Assembly: GCA_041946805.1 (NCBI GenBank)
Contig: JBHGBC010000077.1
Coordinates: 1-27,723 of the forward strand
Direction: 5' to 3'
Source of the DNA: a bacterium
GTDB taxonomy: Bacteria; Hinthialibacterota; Hinthialibacteria; Hinthialibacterales; Hinthialibacteraceae
DNA: 27,723 nucleotides
The notes under the pieces were generated by a model that saw nothing but the letters and a program-made list of their open reading frames with translations, did no database searches and was not told the origin of the DNA. Position numbers and translations under genes: made by a program. Within the stretch, counting starts at the first letter, position 1; the number at the start of each line of letters is the position of its first letter. This document shows, one piece after another, positions 7,145-15,083 of the stretch.

Positions 7145-9319
7145 ATGAACCTCTTGTATCCCCTGTTTTGCGCCGTATTGATGGCGGGAACCTCGGGTTG
7201 CGGCTCCACTCCCCGCGTGAAAGCCCCCGCGCCGGTTCCGCTGACCACCCCGCTGGCCCGGAATGAGGACCAGCCTGCTCCGGCTCAGGAAATCCTGCCC
7301 GCTGGCGAAACCTTCCCGGCCAGCGGCCCCACGGTCGTCGGCGCCACGCCTTCCCAGCCGGCTTCCATCCCGGCCCCGATTCCCCGGCAACGGGAAGAGG
7401 AACTGATGGGCTGGTTCCTGGAAGGTGCGCTGCTGGAAGAACGGCAAAAACCGGAAGACGCCGGGAAAGCGTATGCCAAGGCTCTGGAACTGCTCCCCGG
7501 CTCCACCTATCTCAGCGCGATGGCCGGCAAGGCCTTGCTGGACAGCGGAGAAACCGGCAAGGCCATCGAAATGGCCCGCGCGGCCGCCGAACAAGGCACC
7601 CGGGAACGCGAAATCTACCGCCTTTTGGGCGATGCCTACACCAAACAAAAGAATTGGGACCAGGCGATTCAAGAATTCGAACGTCTTTCCGGCCTTGAAC
7701 CCGATTCCCTCGACACCTGGGGCAAACTGGCCATCCTTTACGAACGGACCCGGCAAACGGACCAGGCCATCGCCACCTACCAGACAATGGCCCGCCTCGA
7801 TTCGCGCCAAGTCTTTTACTACCACTACAAGATCGCCTCGTTGTTGGCCCAAGCCCACCGGTATGAGGAAGCTCTCCAAGAATATCAACAGGTTGCCCAG
7901 TCGCTGCCCGATCAATTCGAGATCGCCATCCGCATCGGCCAGCTGCAGGAAGTCTTGGGAAAAAGCGAGGAGGCGGCCGAAACCTACCAAAAGGCCCTCA
8001 CACTCGCCCGCCGGACGGAAGATGAAATCCCCATCCGTAAGCAACTGGGGCTTCTTTACCAAAGCCGCAAATCCTACCCCGAGGCCATCCGCCAATACCA
8101 GCGCATCCTTGAACTGGATCCCAACGACCGGACCTCCCGCAAAATCCTGGCTTTCCTCCTCTTCAGCCAGGAAGATCAGAAACCCGCCCTGGAGGAAGCC
8201 GATACCTTGTTGAAAGACGATCCCGGCGACTTCCAAGTGCAATTGGTCCGGCGGGAAATTCTTAAAAATATGGACCGCGCCGCGGATGCATACGATGGTT
8301 TTCTAAAGGGATTCGATGCCGCGGCCGAACAAGGCCGGGAAGAAGAAATCCAGTATTTCCTGGTGGAATTGGCGCGGGATGATACCCTTCAACAATTGCG
8401 CGAGCTCAACCGGCTGGATCCCTTGAACTCCCTCCTGGAAAAATGCCGGCGGAAATTTCCCACGAATCCGCGCGTCCCCTTCGTCCAGGCGAAAATCGCC
8501 CAAAGCCTGGCGGATGAAGTCCGGTTGGACCGGTCGCTCCATGATATCCTCGCGGATCTGGAAGAAGCCCGCTCGGCCCAGAACGGCGATTGGTTCACCG
8601 GCCTGTGCGGCGAACTCTATTCCTGGTACAAAGTGCGGCTGGCGTTCGAACCGCGGGGTCTTTCGCAGCCATTGTTGGATACCTTGAAAAGCAGTGAGGC
8701 GGTCTTTGCCGATAACGTGGATTTGCTCCGCCTCGTGGCCTTGGTGCGCATGGACCGCCGCGAATGGATCGAAGCCGAGCAGGCATTGATCCGGGCCAAG
8801 GACCTGACTGCCCCCGATGAGGATGTTTACAAGGAATTTTTGTTCCAACTGGCGGTGATTTACGACAAATTGGACCGGGTCGCCGACATCGAGCGGGTCA
8901 TGCGGGAAGCCATCGAGGTCTACCCGGATGACGCCCAGGCCTATAACTTTTTGGGTTACACCTACGCGGACCGCAACATCCACCTGGAAGAAGCGTTGGC
9001 ATTGATCGAAAAAGCGTTGAAACTCAGCCCTCAGGACGGGAATATCGTCGACAGCCTGGGCTGGGCCTACTACCGGCTCGACCGGAACCGGGAAGCCATC
9101 GGGCATCTGCAACGGGCGCTGGAACTGGAAAAAAACCACCCGGTGATCCTGGACCATCTGGGCGACGCGCTGCAAAAGGAAGGGGAGTGGAAGAAAGCCG
9201 TCGAATATTGGCGGCAAGCGATTCAGTTCGGTCCCGATTATCCCTTGGAATTCACCCCGGAATTCAAGGAACGCGTGACGCGGAAAATCCAAGAAGCGAT
9301 GAGTCAGGAGAAACCGTGA
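7145..9319 (+). CDS. Tetratricopeptide-repeat protein, probable lipoprotein (LbcA/PA4667-like C-terminus)
   Basis: Lipobox-like TSG-C19, a Pro-rich linker, many TPR units (e.g. AIRQYQRILELDP), and C-terminal AYNFLGYTYAD..DSLGWAYY..ILDHLGD. Confidence 0.85.
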   Translation: MNLLYPLFCAVLMAGTSGCGSTPRVKAPAPVPLTTPLARNEDQPAPAQEILPAGETFPASGPTVVGATPSQPASIPAPIPRQREEELMGWFLEGALLEERQKPEDAGKAYAKALELLPGSTYLSAMAGKALLDSGETGKAIEMARAAAEQGTREREIYRLLGDAYTKQKNWDQAIQEFERLSGLEPDSLDTWGKLAILYERTRQTDQAIATYQTMARLDSRQVFYYHYKIASLLAQAHRYEEALQEYQQVAQSLPDQFEIAIRIGQLQEVLGKSEEAAETYQKALTLARRTEDEIPIRKQLGLLYQSRKSYPEAIRQYQRILELDPNDRTSRKILAFLLFSQEDQKPALEEADTLLKDDPGDFQVQLVRREILKNMDRAADAYDGFLKGFDAAAEQGREEEIQYFLVELARDDTLQQLRELNRLDPLNSLLEKCRRKFPTNPRVPFVQAKIAQSLADEVRLDRSLHDILADLEEARSAQNGDWFTGLCGELYSWYKVRLAFEPRGLSQPLLDTLKSSEAVFADNVDLLRLVALVRMDRREWIEAEQALIRAKDLTAPDEDVYKEFLFQLAVIYDKLDRVADIERVMREAIEVYPDDAQAYNFLGYTYADRNIHLEEALALIEKALKLSPQDGNIVDSLGWAYYRLDRNREAIGHLQRALELEKNHPVILDHLGDALQKEGEWKKAVEYWRQAIQFGPDYPLEFTPEFKERVTRKIQEAMSQEKP

Positions 9320-9921
9320 TCGAGCTCTTGCCCCGGGAGGCGGTGCTGCAACTCCAGCATTCGTTGGACGCGGAGCGGTATGCGCATAGCGTGGGAGTCA
9401 TGGAAACCTCCTTCCAACTGGCGGACGCGTGGAAAACGGTTCCCGTCGACCGCCAGCTTCTCGCCTGGGCGTCCCTCTTCCATGATTGCGCGAAAAATCT
9501 GTCGAAAGACGCGCGCCGCCGCCTGTTGAATGACGGGCCGGTGCCCTATGGACAAGAACTGCTGGAATACGCCAAAATCGCCCACGCCCCGCTCAGCGCC
9601 AAACTGCTCCAGATTCGGTACGCGATCCAGGATCCCGGGGTCCTGATGGCCGTGGCCTATCATCCCACCGGCCATCCGGAGCTCACCCCCATCGGTTGGA
9701 TGGTGTACATCGCCGATTACCTGGAACCGGGACGCTCCTATTTCCCGGACCGGGAAGAGCACCTGCGCGCGGCCTGCGCCGATCCCCTGGAAGGCTTGAA
9801 ACGGGTAACCCGCCTGCGCATGGAATCCGTCCGGCAAAAGAACAAGCCGCAGCACCCCCTGGCGGTCCAATTTCAACAGCACCTGGACCGCCTGGAATTT
9901 CTGCAAGTCCTGCCTTCGTAG
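9316..9921 (+). CDS. yqeK: HD-domain Ap4A hydrolase, YqeK family
   Basis: RYAHSVGV, LFHDCAK, AHAPLSA, AVAYHPTG and YIADYLEPGR. The GTG start overlaps the TPR stop (GTGA) and has an AGGAG RBS. Confidence 0.85.
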   Translation: MIELLPREAVLQLQHSLDAERYAHSVGVMETSFQLADAWKTVPVDRQLLAWASLFHDCAKNLSKDARRRLLNDGPVPYGQELLEYAKIAHAPLSAKLLQIRYAIQDPGVLMAVAYHPTGHPELTPIGWMVYIADYLEPGRSYFPDREEHLRAACADPLEGLKRVTRLRMESVRQKNKPQHPLAVQFQQHLDRLEFLQVLPS

Positions 9922-10015
9922 GAAGGAAGACACCCTAGGAGTGTATCCGTCGAGCATGTACTCATTCAAAGATTCGATCCATCGGAATCCAATTCCCGCA
10001 GCCTGATCCCCCAAT

Positions 10016-10049
10016 CCCCTCTCCCTCTGGGAAAGGGTTAGGGTGAGGG
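10016..10049 (+). repeat. CCCTCTCCC..GGGxxAGGGTGAGGG REP-like element and G-quadruplex-forming motif
   Basis: CCCCTCTCCCTCTGGGAAAGGGTTAGGGTGAGGG: an imperfect hairpin plus four GGG tracts with 3-nt loops. Confidence 0.65.
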
Positions 10050-10145
10050 TAAGCCTTTTCGCTGGATTTCCACCTTCCAGACGGCGTTTATACCCTTGCT
10101 AATTAATAATTGGAGCCCCATTGGCCTTCATTTCTTTCTTTTCCC

Positions 10146-10171
10146 GGGTGGAGCATCGGGCCCGCCCCTAC
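10146..10171 (-). repeat. GTAG-type REP-like palindrome
   Basis: Minus strand GTAGGGGCGGGCCCGATGCTCCACCC: a GTAG tetranucleotide followed by an imperfect GGGCGG/CCACCC stem. Confidence 0.55.
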
Positions 10172-10397
10172 CGGAAGGGAAAATTTCGGGTTAAATACTG
10201 GAACACCGTTGTGAACGGACAGCGGGAGACGTTAATAGGAAGGAATCGGGTAAAACCATCGAAATAATCCCAAGAATCCCATTGCTGAAAGGGGTCGGCT
10301 GTGCCAAAATGGCCAGAAACTAGCGAATTGAATCGAGTTACATATCTTTCTCCCCTTTCCTTGGCCCCGGGATGTGGATTACAATAGAAAAAATGGC

Positions 10398-10425
10398 TTG
10401 CCAAGTTTCGCAACAATTTTACAAT
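10398..10425 (+). promoter_or_regulatory. Candidate sigma70 promoter
   Basis: TTGCCA, a 16-nt spacer, then TACAAT, in AT-rich DNA 26 nt upstream of ATG 10452. Confidence 0.55.
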
Positions 10426-10451
10426 GCATTCATCCATAGGATCGTACCTTC

Positions 10452-10787
10452 ATGGCCCGAGGGAAAAAAAGTCGTAAACCGGAACTACACGCCCAGGCGT
10501 TAACCGAGTTACAACCATCAGACGTGAAAGAACATCCGTCTGAAGCGCGCACTCGCTTCACCATCTATGAATATATAGCGGTGTGCCTGTTTTTCATTGC
10601 CTTCTGTTATGTGCAGAAGTATGTGGCTCTCTATTGGCTTGGCGCCTTAGCTGAAGAGAAATCTCTCGAAAAGCTGTCCCTTTCCTTCTTTTTCGACACG
10701 TTGTGGAAAGGCTTCGTCCTCGTCGCGTTGTTGGCTTGGCTGCACGACTACTTCTACCGGGATGTGGCGGAAGAAGACACCGCGTAG
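10452..10787 (+). CDS. Hypothetical small membrane protein (two predicted TM helices)
   Basis: 111 aa with a basic N-terminus, hydrophobic segments YIAVCLFFIAFCYV and LWKGFVLVALLAWL, and an acidic tail. It sits behind a candidate promoter and does not overlap a better gene. Confidence 0.7.
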   Translation: MARGKKSRKPELHAQALTELQPSDVKEHPSEARTRFTIYEYIAVCLFFIAFCYVQKYVALYWLGALAEEKSLEKLSLSFFFDTLWKGFVLVALLAWLHDYFYRDVAEEDTA

Positions 10788-10868
10788 GGATTTCTCTATC
10801 GACTTGACTCCGGTTCCCTTCTTTTTTCCCCTCGACCGGGATGCTCCTGGATCCGGGTGAGGAGATCG

Positions 10869-12497
10869 TTGTCGTATCCAGCCTATCCCTTGCGGATTGT
10901 GAGCGGCCGCGTGATGGCCGAAATCGACCGGTGCGCCATGGAAACGCACGGGATCGGTGGCCTGTTTCTCATGGAACAAGCCGGCCGCGGCATCGCCGGG
11001 GAGATGCTGTCTTCTCTCCCATCCTCCCTGGTGCAGCGCGTGGCGGTGATCTGCGGAAAGGGCAACAACGGCGGGGACGGCCTGGTCGTGGCCCGCTGCC
11101 TGGCCCGCCAAGGCTGCCGCCCGCTGGTGGGATTGACCGGACGGGGAGCGGATCTCAAGGGTGACGCGCTTCTGCAATACGGGCGTTTGTTGGCCGAGGG
11201 GATACCGGTCCACGAATGCGCCGATTCCGAAGCGTTGCGGGCGTTTTTCGCCGCCGCCGGCGATTCCCGCGTCTGGGTGGACGCCCTGCTCGGCACCGGG
11301 GCGCGGGGCGCTCCCACGGGATTGGTGGCCGAGGCCATCGCCGAGCTGAACCGGCGGGCGGCGGACGCGCGGATCGTTTCCGTGGACATCCCTTCCGGAG
11401 TGGAGGCCGACAGCGGCCGCGTCGAAGGGGAAGCGGTGCGGGCCGATATCGTGTATACCCTGGGATTGCCGAAACTCGGACATGTGCTCCCCCCCGGATT
11501 GAACCACTACCGGAAACTGGCCGTCCTGGATATCGGCTTCCCCCGCGCGGCGCTCGAAAACGCCGCGGCGGAAGCGGTGTTGCTCTCGGCGCGGGACGTG
11601 CACCGTTGGCTCCCTCTCCGGAATCCATCCGCCCATAAAGGCAGCGAAGGCCACCTGCTGGTCATCGCCGGTTCCCGGGGAATGACCGGGGCGGCTCTTT
11701 TATGCGCCCGGGCGGCGGTGTGGATGGGAGCGGGCCTGGTGACCGCCGCCTGCCCCAACACTCTCCTCCCCATTTATGCCGGCGGGGTATGGGAAATGCT
11801 GACGCTTCCGGTTCCCGAGACCCCCGGGGGGGGAATCGCGGCAGAGGCGTTCGATTGCTTGTTTGGAGTGGAAGCTCGATACAAAGCCGTCGTCATGGGG
11901 CCGGGCCTGGGCCGTGATCCCGCGACGCAAGAGTTGGTCCGCCGCGTGGTCCGGGACGTGGAAGCACCCTTGGTCCTCGACGGCGACGCCCTGGCGGCCG
12001 TTACCCCCGGGATGTTGGATGAACGCCGGCTCCCCTGGGTGGCGACTCCCCATCCCGGTGAAATGGCCCGCATGTTTCAAACCACCGCGGAGCGGGTCCA
12101 GGCGGACCGGTTCGGTTTCGCCCGCCGGCTCGCCGGAAACGGCGGCGGGGTGGCCGTGCTCAAGGGCGCCAAGACCGTCATCGCCCAGGCGGGACAGCCG
12201 CTGTGGGTGAACCCCACCGGGGGGCCGGCCATGGCCTCCGGCGGGATGGGCGATGTGCTGGCGGGCGTCATCGGCGCGCTGTTGGCGCGGGGAATCCCCC
12301 CCCTCGCGGCGGCCGCCGCCGGCGTGTACCTGCACGGGCAGGCTGCGGACCTGTGGGTGGAAGAGACCGGCGCGGAAACGGCCGCGGCGGGACAGGTTCT
12401 ATCCCGCCTGCCAGGCGCCGTGCGCCGGGTGCGGGAAGAGAGCGGGTCCGCCCGGTTTTCCCCCGCGGCGTCCCCGGCCGTTCCAGGACTTTTGTGA
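10869..12497 (+). CDS. nnr: Bifunctional NAD(P)H-hydrate epimerase/dehydratase (YjeF, NnrE-NnrD)
   Basis: LMEQAG, CGKGNNGGDG, VDALLGTG, SVDIPSG, HKGSEG, GPGLG, LDGDAL, TPHPGEM, LKGAKT and MASGGMGDVLAG. TTG 10869 follows GAGGAG; GTG 10857 is the alternative start. Confidence 0.95.
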   Translation: MSYPAYPLRIVSGRVMAEIDRCAMETHGIGGLFLMEQAGRGIAGEMLSSLPSSLVQRVAVICGKGNNGGDGLVVARCLARQGCRPLVGLTGRGADLKGDALLQYGRLLAEGIPVHECADSEALRAFFAAAGDSRVWVDALLGTGARGAPTGLVAEAIAELNRRAADARIVSVDIPSGVEADSGRVEGEAVRADIVYTLGLPKLGHVLPPGLNHYRKLAVLDIGFPRAALENAAAEAVLLSARDVHRWLPLRNPSAHKGSEGHLLVIAGSRGMTGAALLCARAAVWMGAGLVTAACPNTLLPIYAGGVWEMLTLPVPETPGGGIAAEAFDCLFGVEARYKAVVMGPGLGRDPATQELVRRVVRDVEAPLVLDGDALAAVTPGMLDERRLPWVATPHPGEMARMFQTTAERVQADRFGFARRLAGNGGGVAVLKGAKTVIAQAGQPLWVNPTGGPAMASGGMGDVLAGVIGALLARGIPPLAAAAAGVYLHGQAADLWVEETGAETAAAGQVLSRLPGAVRRVREESGSARFSPAASPAVPGLL

Positions 12498-12595
12498 AGA
12501 ACGAATATACGCGGCGGAAAAGGAAGGACTTTCCGGTTCCGCGTTCCAATGGCCAGACCGTCCTTCACCCAACCTGATAGAAAGGAAAAGAAGCC

Positions 12596-14149
12596 ATGGA
12601 ATGGTTGTTATGGATCAGCCTCGGCTTGGTTCTTGGTTTTCTGGGTGGTTTCTTGTTTCGCAAGATACAAATCGACCGGACTCTGGGCAGCGTGGAAGAG
12701 CTCTCCTTCAAGATCCGGGAAGAAGCCCAAAAAGAGGCCGCCACGGTCCGCAAGGAAGCCGCGATCGAGGCCAAGGAACAGATTCTGAGGGAGAAGAACA
12801 AGTTCGACGAAGAGGTCAAGGAACGGCGGGCCGAACTCTCCGCCATCGAGAAAAAACTGGACCGCAAGGAGGAATTGCTCGACAAGCGCGCCGAGGAGCT
12901 GGACACCCTCGAACGGCAGAATCAATCGCTGTCCAAGGAACTGGAAAAACGGCAGAAAAACCTGGAGAAGAAAGACGCGGAACTCTCGCAACTGATTGAG
13001 GAGGAGCGCGGCAAACTGGAAAAAATCTCCGGACTCACCACCGACCAGGCCAAGGATCTGTTGCTGCGGTCCCTGGAAAACGATGTCCGCCGCGAATCGG
13101 CCCGCATCATCAAGCAGATCATCGACGACGCCAAGGAAAACGCCAACCGCGAAGCCCGGCGCATCATCGCCACCACCATGCAGCGCGGCTGCACCGAGTA
13201 CGTCAACGAATCCACCGTCTCCACCGTGGCGTTGCCCTCCGACGAAATCAAAGGCCGCATCATCGGCCGGGAAGGGCGCAACATCCGCTCTTTCGAATCG
13301 GTCACCGGCGTCAACCTGATCATCGACGACACCCCGGACACGGTGGTCATTTCGTGCTTCGATCCGGTCCGGCGCGAGGCGGCGCGGCAAACCCTGGAAA
13401 AACTGATCCAGGATGGCCGCATCCACCCGGGGCGCATCGAGGAAGTGTACCAGAAGATCTGCAAGGAAATGGACGAGGACATGCGCGAGGCCGCCGAGCG
13501 GGTGGTCTTCGACCTGGGCATCGTGGACATGAATCCCGAACTCATCAAACTCCTGGGCCGCCTCAAGTACCGCTATTCCTACGGCCAGAACCAGCTCTAC
13601 CACGCGCGCGAAGTGGCCTTTTTGGCCGGCGCGGTCGCGGCCGAACTGGGCGCGGATGTGGAAATCTGCAAGCGGGGCGCGCTGCTGCATGACATCGGCA
13701 AGGCGGTCGACTTCGAGCGCGACGGCACCCACGCCTCCATCGGGGCCGAAATCGCCCGCAAACTGGGCGAACGCAAGGAAGTGGTCAACGCCGTCGCCGC
13801 CCATCACGAGGATGTCGAGATGGAAACCGTCGAGGCCGTCATCGTCCAGGTGGCCGACGCCCTGTCGGCGGCCCGGCCGGGCGCGCGCCGCGAGACCATC
13901 GACACCTACGTCAAGCGCCTGGAAAAACTGGAAAGCCTGGCCGAATCGTTCAACGGCGTCGAAAAATGCTTCGCCATCCAGGCCGGCCGCGAAGTGCGCA
14001 TCATGGCCCAGCCCGACGAGATCGACGACCAGGGCGCGGTCAAACTGGCCTACGAAATCTCCAAGAAGATCGAAGAGGAACTGGAATACCCCGGCCACAT
14101 CAAGGTGACCATCATCCGGGAAACGCGCTCGGTCGCCTACGCCCGGTAA
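12596..14149 (+). CDS. rny: Ribonuclease Y
   Basis: N-terminal TM helix, coiled coil, KH motif KGRIIGREGRNIR, HD motif LLHDIGK, ADALSAARPGARRE, and C-terminal YPGHIKVTIIRE. Confidence 0.98.
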   Translation: MEWLLWISLGLVLGFLGGFLFRKIQIDRTLGSVEELSFKIREEAQKEAATVRKEAAIEAKEQILREKNKFDEEVKERRAELSAIEKKLDRKEELLDKRAEELDTLERQNQSLSKELEKRQKNLEKKDAELSQLIEEERGKLEKISGLTTDQAKDLLLRSLENDVRRESARIIKQIIDDAKENANREARRIIATTMQRGCTEYVNESTVSTVALPSDEIKGRIIGREGRNIRSFESVTGVNLIIDDTPDTVVISCFDPVRREAARQTLEKLIQDGRIHPGRIEEVYQKICKEMDEDMREAAERVVFDLGIVDMNPELIKLLGRLKYRYSYGQNQLYHAREVAFLAGAVAAELGADVEICKRGALLHDIGKAVDFERDGTHASIGAEIARKLGERKEVVNAVAAHHEDVEMETVEAVIVQVADALSAARPGARRETIDTYVKRLEKLESLAESFNGVEKCFAIQAGREVRIMAQPDEIDDQGAVKLAYEISKKIEEELEYPGHIKVTIIRETRSVAYAR

Positions 14150-14267
14150 ACCGCTCCGCCGTAACGCGGGCATCAGGCAGCGCCGCCCCGGCCTGATTGG
14201 ACTGGAAAGCCGGCCGGAAAACGGCGGAACGGGCGGGATTGCCGCTCACCCAGGAAACCGAGGCGAT

Positions 14268-15065
14268 ATGAGAATTCTTTTCGTTGGCGATATATTCGGA
14301 AGGCCGGGCCGCTTCGCGCTGGCGAATCATCTGCCCGCCCTCAAGTCCAGTTACCATGTCGATTTTTGTATCGCCAACGGAGAAAACGCCGCCGGCGGCA
14401 AGGGCATCACGCGCGAAGTCGCCCAGGCCATCTACTCCGCCGGAGTCGATGTCATCACCCTGGGCAACCACGCCTGGGACAACAAGGATGTCTTTACCTT
14501 CATCGACGAGGACCGCCGCCTCGTGCGCGCCTACAACTTCCCTCCCGACGTGCCGGGCCGGGGGTATGTCAGCTGCCGCACCGCCACCGGCCAGGAAATC
14601 ACCGTCGCCCAACTCTGCGGCCGGGTCTTCATGACTCCGGTCGACTGCCCCTTCCGCCGGGCGGAGGACCTGCTGCGGGAAATCGGCAAAAACACCGTGT
14701 GCGTCATCGACATGCACGGCGAAGCCTCTTCCGAAAAAAGCGCCCTCGGCTGGTTTCTCGACGGGCGGGTGACGGCGGTGATCGGCACTCATACTCATGT
14801 GCCCACCGCGGACGAGCGCATCCTGCCCGGCGGCACGGCCTACATCACCGACGTGGGCATGACCGGCCCTTACGACTCGATCATCGGCATGGACATCGAT
14901 TCGGTGATCAAACAGTTCAAAACCTCCATCCGCATGCCCTTCAAGGTGGCCAGCCAGAACGTCCACATCGCCGGCGTGCTGATCACCACGGACCCGGAAT
15001 CCGGCCAGGCCCTCTCAATCGAACGCATTTTCATGAAGGCGCATGACTTTGGGGAGGAGGAATGA
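14268..15065 (+). CDS. ymdB: YmdB-family metallophosphoesterase (TIGR00282-type)
   Basis: ILFVGDIFGRPGR, NGENAAGG, TLGNH, DMHGEASSEK, GTHTHV and TDVGMTGPYDSIIG, in its usual position after rny. Confidence 0.95.
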   Translation: MRILFVGDIFGRPGRFALANHLPALKSSYHVDFCIANGENAAGGKGITREVAQAIYSAGVDVITLGNHAWDNKDVFTFIDEDRRLVRAYNFPPDVPGRGYVSCRTATGQEITVAQLCGRVFMTPVDCPFRRAEDLLREIGKNTVCVIDMHGEASSEKSALGWFLDGRVTAVIGTHTHVPTADERILPGGTAYITDVGMTGPYDSIIGMDIDSVIKQFKTSIRMPFKVASQNVHIAGVLITTDPESGQALSIERIFMKAHDFGEEE

Positions 15066-15083
15066 TTTCAAGGATTCACGGTC

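Noticed and set aside
10168..10437. 89-aa minus-strand ORF, or a 6S RNA, in the AT-rich gap
   Set aside because: No coding bias, it overlaps a promoter and a REP-like element, and no long 6S-like rod with a central bubble is evident.
12608..14173. 521-aa antisense ORF over rny, and similar long antisense ORFs (17989-19776, 20753-23041, 24829-25938, 7073-8242, 4062-5222)
   Set aside because: Shadow ORFs caused by high GC3 codon bias of clear sense-strand genes; they contain no recognisable motifs.
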